A DNA stretch of 49,832 bases from Acutalibacteraceae bacterium (lineage in GTDB: Bacteria; Bacillota; Clostridia; Oscillospirales; Acutalibacteraceae): positions 1 to 49,832 of the forward strand of contig JAZOSL010000094.1 in NCBI GenBank assembly GCA_045657085.1, read 5' to 3'. The translations under genes and the position numbers were made by a program. Under the pieces are notes generated by a model. The model saw only the letters and a program-made list of their open reading frames with translations. It was not told the origin of the DNA and did not search any database. The stretch's first letter is position 1; every line of letters starts with the position of its first letter. Below, in pieces: positions 19,146 to 28,083 of the stretch.

Positions 19146-20558
19146 ATGCCAACTTACATTGAACCAATAAAAAGCAGTGATTTAACAACTCTTTGTAATG
19201 AGTTGAAAAAATACAGTGCCGTACCACAAGAGTATTTCGACAGATTTGAAGTTAAAAGAGGTCTAAGAAACCGTGACGGTAGCGGTGTTATGGCAGGTCT
19301 TACAAAGGTTTGTTCCGTAGAAGGTTACTATATTGATGACGGTGAAAGAAAACCTATCGAAGGTCATCTTACATACAGAGGTGTGGACGTTAACAGTATC
19401 GTTGATGCTTGTGTTGCTGAAAATCGTTTCGGTTACGAAGAAACAGCATGGCTTCTTCTTTTTGGTTATCTTCCTACTAAAAATCAGTTGAAATTATTCA
19501 ATAAGGTTCTTTCAGATTCAAGAGAACTCCCTGAAGATTTCGTTGAAGATATGATTATGAAATCACCGTCCCCCGACGTTATGAATAAGCTTCAGCGTTC
19601 AGTGCTTTCTCTTTATTCTTACGATAGCAACCCTGATGATATATCTATCGAAAACGTACTTCGTCAAAGTATTCAGCTTATCGCACAGCTTCCTACAATT
19701 ATGACTTATGCATATCAGGTTAAAAGAAGAAGCTATCTTAAAGAAAGTATGTACCTTCATCCTTTGAAGAAAGGTCTTACAACTGCTGAAACAATTCTTT
19801 ACAACACACGTTCAAATATGGAATATACAGATGAAGAAGCGAAGCTTCTTGACCTTTGTCTTATTCTTCATGCTGAACACGGTGGTGGTAATAACTCAGC
19901 TTTTGCGACAAGAGTGCTTTCTTCAAGTGGTACAGACACATATGCAGCGATTGCAGCAGGTATCGGTTCGCTTAAAGGTCCCCGTCACGGTGGTGCTAAC
20001 CTTAAGGTTGCTGAAATGCTCAGGTATCTTCGTGAAGACGTTAAAGATATTACTGATGAAGGTCAGATAGCAGATTTCCTTACAAGGATAATCAACAAGG
20101 AAGCAGGGGACAGAAGTGGTCTCGTTTACGGTATGGGTCACGCAGTTTATACACTTTCAGACCCAAGACAGAAAATCCTTAAACGTGAAGCATTAAAGTT
20201 AGCTGACAAAAAAGGTTATGCAGATGAGTTCAAGGCTCTCGACCTTATCGAAAAGCTTACACCTGAAATTTTTGCAAAGGAAAAGAACAACAATAAAAAG
20301 ATTTGTGCTAACGTTGACCTTTATTCAGGTCTTATTTATGAAATGTTAGGCATTCCTATGGATCTTTACACACCTCTTTTTGCTGTTGCACGAGTTGCAG
20401 GTTGGTCTGCTCACAGAATGGAAGAACTCATTACCGGTAACAGAGTAATAAGACCTGCTTACAAAAACGTTGCAGTACCCAAAGACTATGTTGGTATTTC
20501 TGAAAGAGTATCTAACTTTAAACGTCAGACAGCTTATATTCCTCTTGATGAGAGATAA
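19146..20558 (+). CDS. citrate synthase (classical Si-type family)
   Basis: Motifs LILHAEHGGGNNSAF, GPRHGGAN, GMGHAVY and NVDLYSG. ATG at 19146 lies 8 nt after AGGAG. Confidence 0.88.
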   Translation: MPTYIEPIKSSDLTTLCNELKKYSAVPQEYFDRFEVKRGLRNRDGSGVMAGLTKVCSVEGYYIDDGERKPIEGHLTYRGVDVNSIVDACVAENRFGYEETAWLLLFGYLPTKNQLKLFNKVLSDSRELPEDFVEDMIMKSPSPDVMNKLQRSVLSLYSYDSNPDDISIENVLRQSIQLIAQLPTIMTYAYQVKRRSYLKESMYLHPLKKGLTTAETILYNTRSNMEYTDEEAKLLDLCLILHAEHGGGNNSAFATRVLSSSGTDTYAAIAAGIGSLKGPRHGGANLKVAEMLRYLREDVKDITDEGQIADFLTRIINKEAGDRSGLVYGMGHAVYTLSDPRQKILKREALKLADKKGYADEFKALDLIEKLTPEIFAKEKNNNKKICANVDLYSGLIYEMLGIPMDLYTPLFAVARVAGWSAHRMEELITGNRVIRPAYKNVAVPKDYVGISERVSNFKRQTAYIPLDER

Positions 20559-20576
20559 TTGAAAGGACTGTGAAAA

Positions 20577-22130
20577 ATGAGTAAAATCAAAGGCTCTTCA
20601 AGTGCAGTAAAAATGAAATATCTTCTTATTGTTTTTGCTACTGCAGTTCTTGTTGCCCTTCCTACACGTGTTTATCAGCTTTTAGCTCTTATAGATGTTG
20701 AAAACGGTTTTTATAAAGAAAGTGACCTTACAGTTCCCGTTCTCTACGGTGTAGTTGCAGTGTTCACAATTCTTTTCCTTGTTTTAAGCTTCTTGAGTAA
20801 AGAAGTACCTTCACCAAAACTTCCTACAGGTAAAAATGCAGTTTTAGGTGTTACTTCACTTGCTATGGTTGCCGGCCTTGCTGTGGATATGGTAGACGTT
20901 ATTAAAAACACTGTTCCTGTAAATCAGGGAAACAGTCAGATTTTTATAAGCCTTTTAAAATCAAACTTAAATGAACAGGGTGGAGCTTTAACAATTTTAA
21001 GATTTGTTTTTGCTTTTTTTGCAATTATTTATTTCCTTGTTTTTGCTATGAGCCATCTTAACGGTAAGGCTTCGTATAAAGAATTCAAGCTTCTCGCCCT
21101 TTCTCCTTTATGCTGGAGTATGACAATGCTTGTTTCAAGGCTTATGCATGCCATAAGCTTTACAAAGGTTTCAGAGCTTTTATTTGAAATCTTTATGTTT
21201 ATGTTTGCAATGCTTTTCTTTATAACCTTTGCACGTATTTCTTCGGGTGTTTTCACTGAAGACAGTATGTGGGGTATATATGGCTACGGCTTTGCAACAG
21301 CTCTCTTTGCGGCACTCGTTACAATTCCAAGATTAATTATGTTTGCAGTGGGTCTTGAAAGTGTTGATGGTCATGCATTCAGCTTTCCACAGCTTGCAAC
21401 ACTTGTGTTTGTTCTTTCATATATTTTTGCATCATTAGGTGTAGGCTTTAAAGATGGTGTTAAGAATAGAAAAACAGTAAACGAAATCGTTCTTCCTGAT
21501 GAAGAAACAGTTATTGCTAAAAAAGGTCAGTCAAAAGCATCAACAGAAAAAATCGTAACAGAAGCTGTTGTTATTGAAGATGTTTCTGTAGAAAAAGAGA
21601 TTGCTCCCGAAGTTGCTGCAACTGAAATGATTGATCGTCAATTGGCTGAAATTGAAGAAGAATCTAAAGTTATCGAAGAAGTAGTTGAAGAAACTATTGA
21701 AGAAGAACCCGAGATTATCGAAGAAGTAGTTGAAGAAACTATTGAAGAAGAACCCGAGATTATCGAAGAAATAGTTGAAGAAATTATTGAAGAAGACCCC
21801 GAGATTATCGAAGAAGTAGTTGAAGAAGCTATCGAAGAAGAATCTGAGATTATCGAAGAAGTAGTTGAAGAAGCTATCGAAGAAGAATCTGAGATTATCG
21901 AAGACGTAGTTGAAGAAACTATCGAAGAAGAATCCGAGATTATCGAAGAAGAACCTGAGATTATCGAAGATGCAGTTGAAGAGCCGAAGGAAGAAGTTAA
22001 GGCAGAAAAAACCAAAAAATCTTCTGTAGCAGGTATATTTAAAAAGCAGAAAGTGGAAAATACTTCTTCAGAAAATGAACTTTCAGCTATCTCTCTTGCT
22101 GAATTAAAGAAGAGAAAAAACGAAGAATAA
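20577..22130 (+). CDS. polytopic membrane protein with acidic tandem-repeat C-terminal tail
   Basis: About 8 predicted TM helices in the first 300 aa. These are followed by a Glu-rich tail of 15-aa repeats (IIEEVVEETIEEEPE) and a Lys-rich end. I recognise no family. Confidence 0.65.
   Translation: MSKIKGSSSAVKMKYLLIVFATAVLVALPTRVYQLLALIDVENGFYKESDLTVPVLYGVVAVFTILFLVLSFLSKEVPSPKLPTGKNAVLGVTSLAMVAGLAVDMVDVIKNTVPVNQGNSQIFISLLKSNLNEQGGALTILRFVFAFFAIIYFLVFAMSHLNGKASYKEFKLLALSPLCWSMTMLVSRLMHAISFTKVSELLFEIFMFMFAMLFFITFARISSGVFTEDSMWGIYGYGFATALFAALVTIPRLIMFAVGLESVDGHAFSFPQLATLVFVLSYIFASLGVGFKDGVKNRKTVNEIVLPDEETVIAKKGQSKASTEKIVTEAVVIEDVSVEKEIAPEVAATEMIDRQLAEIEEESKVIEEVVEETIEEEPEIIEEVVEETIEEEPEIIEEIVEEIIEEDPEIIEEVVEEAIEEESEIIEEVVEEAIEEESEIIEDVVEETIEEESEIIEEEPEIIEDAVEEPKEEVKAEKTKKSSVAGIFKKQKVENTSSENELSAISLAELKKRKNEE
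21669..21959 (+). repeat. 45-bp in-frame tandem repeat, 6 full units plus a 21-bp partial unit
   Basis: Units start at 21669, 21714, 21759, 21804, 21849 and 21894. Units 1 and 2 differ at 1 nt, and units 4 and 5 are identical. A degenerate continuation runs to about 21985. Confidence 0.9.
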
Positions 22131-22156
22131 TTTAAACGGTGTGCAGGAGGTAAAAA

Positions 22157-23083
22157 ATGTTTTTTAACAATATGATGACCGCCGCACAACAGGTAGTTAT
22201 TCTGTATCTAATAGTTGCGGTCGGCTTTATAGCCGACCGTTTGCATATTTTCGGTCAGGATACGGCAAAACGTTCTAACGATTTATTGTTTTACGTAATA
22301 ACTCCTGTTGTTATGGTACAATCATTTATAAATATGGAGTTCAGCACACAAACGGCAAAAGCTTTTGTGATAGCATTCTTTTGTATGCTTGGTACCCTTA
22401 CCGTCGGCATTTTAATTGCTTTACCGTTTTTTAACAAAGCAGGTAAAAACGGAGCTATATATAAATATGCAGTAAGCTACGGTAATATGGGTTATATGGC
22501 ATTACCCCTTTGTCAGGCTATGCTTGGCAGTGAAGGTGTGTTTTATTGTTCTGCCGGTGTGGTTGCATTTAATATACTTTCATTTACTCACGGTATCTGG
22601 CATATGACTAAAGGTGAAGGCGAAAACAAGTTTAACCCCAAGTTGCTGATTCTCAACCCCGGTGTTATATCTGTACTTATAGGCTTACCGTTGTTTATTT
22701 TTGACGTGCAGTTGCCCGATATGATAAATTCTGCAATAACACATATTTCGAATCTTAATACACCTCTTGCTATGTTGTTTTTAGGAACTTATATTGCTAA
22801 CACCGATATAAAGAGTATGTTTAAAGAGAAAAATATTTATCTTGTTATGGGACTTAAGCTGGTAGTGTTACCTTTGATAATGCTTTCTATATATAAATTG
22901 GTCGGTGTAGGTGGTGCTATTCTTACAGCTTGTGTTATTTCTGCGTCGGTACCAAGTGCAAATAATACAGTAATGTTTTCTGCAAAATACGGTAAGGATA
23001 CAGGTGTTGCATCAAAGGTAGTAGCTTTTTGTTCAGTGGTTTCAGTGCTCACAATGCCTGTTATGATAGCGTTAAGCAAATGA
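22157..23083 (+). CDS. AEC (auxin efflux carrier) family transporter
   Basis: 308 aa with about 10 TM helices. Family-typical N-terminus with a central loop and two homologous halves. Confidence 0.75.
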   Translation: MFFNNMMTAAQQVVILYLIVAVGFIADRLHIFGQDTAKRSNDLLFYVITPVVMVQSFINMEFSTQTAKAFVIAFFCMLGTLTVGILIALPFFNKAGKNGAIYKYAVSYGNMGYMALPLCQAMLGSEGVFYCSAGVVAFNILSFTHGIWHMTKGEGENKFNPKLLILNPGVISVLIGLPLFIFDVQLPDMINSAITHISNLNTPLAMLFLGTYIANTDIKSMFKEKNIYLVMGLKLVVLPLIMLSIYKLVGVGGAILTACVISASVPSANNTVMFSAKYGKDTGVASKVVAFCSVVSVLTMPVMIALSK

Positions 23084-23889
23084 AAATTATGAAAATTCCA
23101 TTCAATGATTTTTTGCCTTGGGGTGTTTGTAAATATCAGGACTTTAAAGATTCGCTTATAGAATGCAGAGCAAAAGCGAGAATCCCTGAAAACGCCCGAA
23201 GTATAATTGTTTATCTTTTCCCTTACTATTTGGGACAGGAGAGTTATAAAGGTATCAATATTTCAAAATATGCCGTTTCGGAAGATTATCATTCGGTTGT
23301 TGGTGAGTTTCTTCAAAAGGCAATCAACGACTTGAAAGAACAATATCCTGAAAATATTTTTGAAGCCTTTTGCGATAACTCACCGATTCCTGAAGTCAAG
23401 GCAGCAGTTATGTCAGGGTTAGGTGTAAAAGGAAAAAACGGACTTCTTATAAATAAAAAATACGGTAGCTTTTGTTTTATAGGTGAAATTGTTACAGATT
23501 TGGAAATTGAATCAACAAAAGCTGAAACGGGTAATTGTCTGGAGTGTGGCAACTGCATAAGGAACTGTCCCGACGGTGCTTTGGGTCCGGTGTTTAAAAA
23601 AGAAAAGTGTCTTTCTCATCTCACTCAGGAAAAAGGCGAGTTAAGTGAAAGAACAGCACAGTTAATTTGTCAAACGGGCTGTATATGGGGTTGCGATATT
23701 TGTCAGAACAACTGTCCTATGAATAAAAATATAGCAGTTACCCCTATCAAAGAGTTTCTTTTGACTGCAAAAAGCTCGTACAAATTTGGTGATTCTATGG
23801 AAAAAAGAGCGTATTCCTGGCGTGGAAGAAAAGTTATCGAAAGAAACTTGGAAATAATGTGTTGTAATGAAGAAAAAAATGAATTATAA
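23080..23889 (+). CDS. QueG-like DUF1730 / 4Fe-4S double-cluster protein (possible epoxyqueuosine reductase homologue)
   Basis: Two ferredoxin-type motifs, CLECGNCIRNCP and CDICQNNCP, follow a DUF1730-like N-domain. The ATG at 23080 overlaps the upstream stop (ATGA). It is shorter than canonical QueG. Confidence 0.55.
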   Translation: MKIMKIPFNDFLPWGVCKYQDFKDSLIECRAKARIPENARSIIVYLFPYYLGQESYKGINISKYAVSEDYHSVVGEFLQKAINDLKEQYPENIFEAFCDNSPIPEVKAAVMSGLGVKGKNGLLINKKYGSFCFIGEIVTDLEIESTKAETGNCLECGNCIRNCPDGALGPVFKKEKCLSHLTQEKGELSERTAQLICQTGCIWGCDICQNNCPMNKNIAVTPIKEFLLTAKSSYKFGDSMEKRAYSWRGRKVIERNLEIMCCNEEKNEL

Positions 23890-23931
23890 TGATTGTAGAA
23901 CAATATATAACTGATTAAAGGAGATGTATTT

Positions 23932-24261
23932 ATGAAACTTGTTGTAGGTATTGTAAACAGCGAAGATGCTAATGACCTTCTTTCTGAAATTACAAAAGCA
24001 TCTTTCCAGGCAACAAAACTTTCAACATCAGGTGGTTTCCTTAAAATGGGTAACGTAACTGTTCTTGTTGGTGTTGAAGACGAAAAAGTAGACGAACTTG
24101 TTGGAATTTTCAAGAATTGCTGTTCAAGAAGAACACAGATGATTTCTGCTACTTCACACACCTTCTTGGGTGACGGCTTTGTTACTGCAGCACCTGTAGA
24201 AGTAACAATCGGTGGTGCAACTCTTTTCATACTTGATGTGGACCAGTTTATTAAATTATGA
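23932..24261 (+). CDS. darA: cyclic-di-AMP receptor, P-II-like (DarA/PstA, YaaQ family)
   Basis: Aligns by eye along its whole length with B. subtilis YaaQ (MKL.V..V...D...L......F..TKL...GGFL..GN......VED, VGGAT.F.L.VD.F). It sits in the conserved yaaQ-holB-yaaT context. Confidence 0.85.
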   Translation: MKLVVGIVNSEDANDLLSEITKASFQATKLSTSGGFLKMGNVTVLVGVEDEKVDELVGIFKNCCSRRTQMISATSHTFLGDGFVTAAPVEVTIGGATLFILDVDQFIKL

Positions 24262-25112
24262 TTTATAATAACGAGTTTCCCGAAAGCACGTTAAAAACGC
24301 TTGATAGTTTTTTTGCTGACGGAAGGAATCCCCATGCCATTTTAATAGATGGTAGTGGAGAAAAAGAACGTTTTGAACTTGCTAAGCTTGCTGCGAGAAT
24401 GATGGTTTGCGAAAACAAAGACAGAGTTCCTTGCGGCGAGTGTGAGCATTGCCGAAAAGCAAAAGAAGGGATCCACCCTGATATTATAAAAATATCAAAG
24501 CCTGATGATAAAAAATTATTTGTAAAAGCTGATGTTAAAAAAATGGTGGCTGATGCATACCTGACACCTAATGAAGCAACTGTTAAGGTTTATATTATCT
24601 GTGAAATGCAGTTAATGAGTGAAGAATGTCAGAACCTTCTTCTTAAAATTCTAGAAGAACCACCATCATATACAGCTTTTATTCTTACTTCACAAACATC
24701 TAATGCAGTTATAGGAACAGTTTTATCACGTGTTATAAGGTTAAGATTAGGTGAAGTAATAAGAGATGAATGTTCAGATAAAGCTAAAGAAGTTATAAAA
24801 AAACTTTGTGCTGCAGTTATAACACCTTATGAATATGACAGGATTGAAGCAACTGCAGCTTTAGAAAATAATAAAGCACTTACAGTTGAAGTGCTTAACC
24901 TTTTTTGTGACGTGTTGAGAGATGCAATAGCCTTGAAAACAGGTGGTAAGGGGTTGCTTAATGAGTTTATTGGTGAAAGCCGTAAGATGGCAGACCGACT
25001 TCAATTAAAAAAACTTCTTGATATGTACGATTTTGTAAACGGTTTAGTTAAATCTCTCGATAATAACCCTAATTACACTTTACTTTGTACAGTTTTATGT
25101 GCAGGTATTTAA
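24258..25112 (+). CDS. holB: DNA polymerase III subunit delta'
   Basis: Zinc module CGECEHC, then LLKILEEPP and the sensor region SRV. It lies between yaaQ and yaaT homologues. Confidence 0.75.
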   Translation: MIYNNEFPESTLKTLDSFFADGRNPHAILIDGSGEKERFELAKLAARMMVCENKDRVPCGECEHCRKAKEGIHPDIIKISKPDDKKLFVKADVKKMVADAYLTPNEATVKVYIICEMQLMSEECQNLLLKILEEPPSYTAFILTSQTSNAVIGTVLSRVIRLRLGEVIRDECSDKAKEVIKKLCAAVITPYEYDRIEATAALENNKALTVEVLNLFCDVLRDAIALKTGGKGLLNEFIGESRKMADRLQLKKLLDMYDFVNGLVKSLDNNPNYTLLCTVLCAGI

Positions 25113-25146
25113 ATAAATATACGAAGTATACGGAGAATTAAAATAT

Positions 25147-25998
25147 ATGGCAGAAGTTGTAGGTATTCGTTTTAAAGAAAACGGCAAAATTTATTATTTT
25201 GACCCCGATTCAAAAGAGTTTTCTAAAGGCGAACAAGTTATTGTTGAAACCGTAAGAGGCATTGAGTGTGGTACGGTTGCAACACCTAATCATAAACTGA
25301 CTGACAGCGAAATTATCCATCCTCTCAAAAAGGTTGTAAGAAAAGCAACAGAGGAGGATATTAAAACAGTTGAAATCAACAGGAAGAAGGAAGCAGAAGC
25401 TTTCGATTTTTGTGTTAAAAAGGTTGAACAGCTTGGTCTTGAAATGAGCCTTGTTGAAGTTGAATGTGCTTTTGACGGCAGTAAAATGCTTTTCTATTTC
25501 ACTGCTGATGACAGAGTGGATTTCAGAGAGCTTGTTAAAATTCTTGCAGGTAATTACCGAACAAGAATAGAAATGAGACAAATTGGTGTCAGAGACGTTT
25601 CTAAAATGCTTGGTGGTTTAGGCATTTGCGGCAGACCTTTCTGTTGTTCACAGTTCCTTGATGATTTCCATCCTGTTTCAATAAAAATGGCAAAAGAACA
25701 GGGACTTTCACTTAATCCGACAAAAATCAGCGGTACTTGTGGCAGACTTCTTTGTTGCCTTAAATATGAACAGGAAAGTTATGAATATCTTGCAAAAATA
25801 ACACCTCGTGTCGGCTCGGTTGTAGATACAAGAGAGGGTAGGGGTACCGTTGTTGAAAACAGTCTTATTACAGGTATGTTGAAGGTTCAGCTTGACAGAA
25901 GACCCGAAGCAATACCGGCACAGTTTAATCGTAGCGAAGTAAGACTAGTAAAGGGTGCCAGACCTGTAAGCAACGATGAAGATAATTCTCAGGAATAA
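25147..25998 (+). CDS. ricT: PSP1-domain protein (RicT/YaaT, stage 0 sporulation family)
   Basis: VVGIRFKENGKIYYFD N-terminus and Cys cluster GICGRPFCCSQFL...CGRLLCCLKYE. Confidence 0.85.
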   Translation: MAEVVGIRFKENGKIYYFDPDSKEFSKGEQVIVETVRGIECGTVATPNHKLTDSEIIHPLKKVVRKATEEDIKTVEINRKKEAEAFDFCVKKVEQLGLEMSLVEVECAFDGSKMLFYFTADDRVDFRELVKILAGNYRTRIEMRQIGVRDVSKMLGGLGICGRPFCCSQFLDDFHPVSIKMAKEQGLSLNPTKISGTCGRLLCCLKYEQESYEYLAKITPRVGSVVDTREGRGTVVENSLITGMLKVQLDRRPEAIPAQFNRSEVRLVKGARPVSNDEDNSQE

Positions 25999-26016
25999 AA
26001 ATATAAAAAATTTCTA

Positions 26017-26044
26017 TTGATTTTCACAGAATATGTGATACAAT
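26017..26044 (+). promoter_or_regulatory. sigmaA-type promoter for the small ferredoxin
   Basis: TTGATT-16 nt-TACAAT with TGa upstream of the -10. Confidence 0.5.
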
Positions 26045-26071
26045 AAAACAAAAAACAAGGAGGTCAGACAA

Positions 26072-26242
26072 ATGGCATACAAAATTACTGATGATTGTAT
26101 CTCTTGCGGTGCATGTGCAGCAGATTGTCCCGTTGAGGCTATCTCTGAAGGCGACGGCAAATACGTAATCGATGCTGATACTTGCATTGATTGTGGTGCT
26201 TGTGCAGATTCTTGCCCTGTAAATGCTCCTGTTCAGGACTAA
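26072..26242 (+). CDS. fdx: 2x[4Fe-4S] clostridial-type ferredoxin (56 aa)
   Basis: Below the ORF-track size cutoff. Manual translation gives MAYKITDDCISCGACAADCPVEAISEGDGKYVIDADTCIDCGACADSCPVNAPVQD with two CxxCxxCxxxCP motifs. RBS AAGGAGG lies 7 nt upstream, and a strong terminator follows. Confidence 0.92.
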   Translation: MAYKITDDCISCGACAADCPVEAISEGDGKYVIDADTCIDCGACADSCPVNAPVQD

Positions 26243-26284
26243 TAGCAGATTATTTTGCTGTTAAGCAAATTTTAATTAAAAAAA

Positions 26285-26315
26285 CCTTGTGTTCTTGTGA
26301 ACACAAGGTTTTTTT
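26285..26315 (+). terminator. rho-independent terminator
   Basis: ccttgtgttc-ttgt-gaacacaagg (10-bp perfect stem) followed by ttttttt, with an A-run upstream. Confidence 0.85.
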
Positions 26316-26372
26316 ATATTTACTTTTTTGTCAATATATAAGTAAATAATATATGAATTTATATAAAAGTAT

Positions 26373-26400
26373 TTGTATTTCTGTAAATCTGTGATATAAT
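26373..26400 (+). promoter_or_regulatory. sigmaA-type promoter heading the ATCase-like/znu block
   Basis: TTGTAT-16 nt-TATAAT with TGa upstream of the -10. Confidence 0.5.
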
Positions 26401-26462
26401 GAAACGGATAATGGGATATTTGTCAGCAGATTTAAAAAATCTTTTTGAAAGAGGTGCTTTTT

Positions 26463-27530
26463 ATGTCTATGAAAAAATTGTTGGATATTACCGATTTTTC
26501 AAGAGAAAGTCTCAGAGAAGTTTTGAATCTTATGAGCTTTTTAAAAACAAATACAGGCACTTATTCTCAAGAGTTAGATAAAAAAGTTGTGGCAAACGCT
26601 TTCTATAAAGAAGATAAAAATACAGAAGCTGCTTTTACTGCAGCAGCAGTCCGTATGGGTGGCAGCACAATGAATTTTTCAAAATCTGCAAACGGCAGTC
26701 TTAAAGATGATGTAACGGTTATGTCTTCTGTATCAGACGTTATTGTTATGTCACATCCTAAAAAAGGAGCTGCAAGAGCAGCATCTTTATATGCTACTGT
26801 CCCTGTTATAAATGCAGGTGATGGTGGAAGGGCCTATCCCATAAAAACTCTTGCTGATTTTTCAACTGTGTGGATTGAAAAAAATCATATTTCAAATATG
26901 AAGATTGGCTTCTTAGGTGACTTTTCAAACAATTCACTTGTAAAAAATCTTCTTCAATGTTTAAGTCTTTATAATGGTAACGAGTTTTATTTTGTTTCGG
27001 TAAACGGTAAGCCGTTGCCACAGGAATTAGTCACCATAATGACCAAGAAAGAAAAAAGCTATCAGGTTTTTGATAATCTTTTTGATGTTATTCCCGAACT
27101 TGATATCTTATATATGACCGAAGTAACAAAAAACAGCTTTGAGTCAGAAATTCAGTTTGAAGCTTTAAAGCATAAATTTATTTTAGATGAAAGAATGCTT
27201 CTTACTGCAAAGCAGGATCTTGTTATTCTTCACCAATTTCCCAGGGGCGTTGAGCTTGATATGTCAGTTGATGAAGATTCAAGAGCAAAATATGTGGGTG
27301 CACTTGACAGATACGTTGATGCTTGCAGTGTGGGTATTCTTAAAACAGTTACAGGTAAAGCCGGTAGAAATATTAAAGCAGATTTTGAAGAGTCTACCCA
27401 CAACGAAATTTGTGGTAAAGCCGATTGCATTACATCTTCAGAAAAATATCTACCATCTTTATTTTACGAGCTGGCAGACGGCAGACTCATATGCAAATAC
27501 TGTGGTCAAGAGTTGAAAGCAAATGAATAA
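26463..27530 (+). CDS. aspartate carbamoyltransferase (PyrB)-like protein with substituted active-site residues, fused to a PyrI-type C-terminal zinc domain
   Basis: Aligns by eye with E. coli PyrB along the whole catalytic chain (IVMSHPKKGAARAA vs IVMRHPQEGAARLA, VPVINAGDG, FYFVS, LDILYMT). However, STRTR is DKNTE and HPTQ is YPIK. The C-terminus CGKADCITSSEKYLPSLFYELADGRLICKYCGQEL matches the Cx4C...CxxC zinc domain of PyrI. ATG at 26463 lies 6 nt after GAGGTG. Confidence 0.75.
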   Translation: MSMKKLLDITDFSRESLREVLNLMSFLKTNTGTYSQELDKKVVANAFYKEDKNTEAAFTAAAVRMGGSTMNFSKSANGSLKDDVTVMSSVSDVIVMSHPKKGAARAASLYATVPVINAGDGGRAYPIKTLADFSTVWIEKNHISNMKIGFLGDFSNNSLVKNLLQCLSLYNGNEFYFVSVNGKPLPQELVTIMTKKEKSYQVFDNLFDVIPELDILYMTEVTKNSFESEIQFEALKHKFILDERMLLTAKQDLVILHQFPRGVELDMSVDEDSRAKYVGALDRYVDACSVGILKTVTGKAGRNIKADFEESTHNEICGKADCITSSEKYLPSLFYELADGRLICKYCGQELKANE

Positions 27531-28083
27531 AAAAATACTTGTTATAGAAGGTTCAAATCGTAACGGCAGCTATACTAATAATCTTTGTAACAGTGCTGTT
27601 AATGGTTTAGAAAATACAGAAATTGAAATTTTTAATACATACAGAACGGCTTTTGAGTTCTGTAACGGTTGCAATTACTGTGAAGAAAACGGTATTTGTA
27701 TCCACCGTGATTTAGATGCTTTCTGGAAAAGCTTTGAAACAGCAGATTTAATGATTTTCTCAACACCTGTTTATAACGGTGGTTTTTCAGCCCCGATTAA
27801 AGCACTTATAGACAGATTTCAATTTTACTACACTTCATTTTATAAAAACGGCAAGGTTCAGGCTATAAAAAAACGCAGAAAAGCAATTCTTGTTGCTACT
27901 GCAGGCAGAAGTGGTGTTGAAGCTACAGAATATATGGAAAAACAATTGAAATGTGCTTTTACCATATTAAATGTTGAGTATAAAGGCTCAGTTTTATGTT
28001 CCCATACAGATACTCAGCCTGATTTTGAAAAAGCAAAAGCAGAACTAATCTCTCTTTTAAAAAGGAGTTTAAATGATGAATAA
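27523..28083 (+). CDS. iron-sulfur flavoprotein (Isf family, NADPH-dependent FMN reductase fold)
   Basis: Flavodoxin-like N-terminus KILVIEGSNRNGS plus the compact CX2CX2CX5C motif (CNGCNYCEENGIC) known from Isf proteins. It overlaps the upstream gene by 8 nt. Confidence 0.75.
   Translation: MNKKILVIEGSNRNGSYTNNLCNSAVNGLENTEIEIFNTYRTAFEFCNGCNYCEENGICIHRDLDAFWKSFETADLMIFSTPVYNGGFSAPIKALIDRFQFYYTSFYKNGKVQAIKKRRKAILVATAGRSGVEATEYMEKQLKCAFTILNVEYKGSVLCSHTDTQPDFEKAKAELISLLKRSLNDE

Noticed and set aside
21669-21985. Possible CRISPR array suggested by regular repeats
   Set aside because: The units are directly abutting with no spacers, are in frame inside a CDS, and no cas genes are present.
21638-22189. 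Minus-strand 183-aa Ser-rich ORF (SSSIISGSSS repeats)
   Set aside because: It is the antisense reading of the GAA-rich 45-bp repeats in 20577..22130. It is an artefact of repeat composition and spans the start of the next plus-strand gene.
23703-24230. Minus-strand 175-aa ORF
   Set aside because: It is antisense to two well-supported plus-strand genes (the QueG-like 3' end and darA). It has no RBS and an implausible composition.
26243-26462. Searched for a Zur box or a PyrR-binding attenuator upstream of the ATCase-like/znu block
   Set aside because: I found no CGTAATnATTACG-like palindrome and no UCCAGAGAGG-like motif by eye, so no regulatory claim is made.
26399-26581. 60-aa plus-strand ORF and the TTG-extended start at 26445 for the ATCase-like gene
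   Set aside because: The 60-aa ORF is out of frame and overlaps the real CDS. The TTG at 26445 precedes the RBS GAGGTG (26451..26456) that serves the ATG at 26463.
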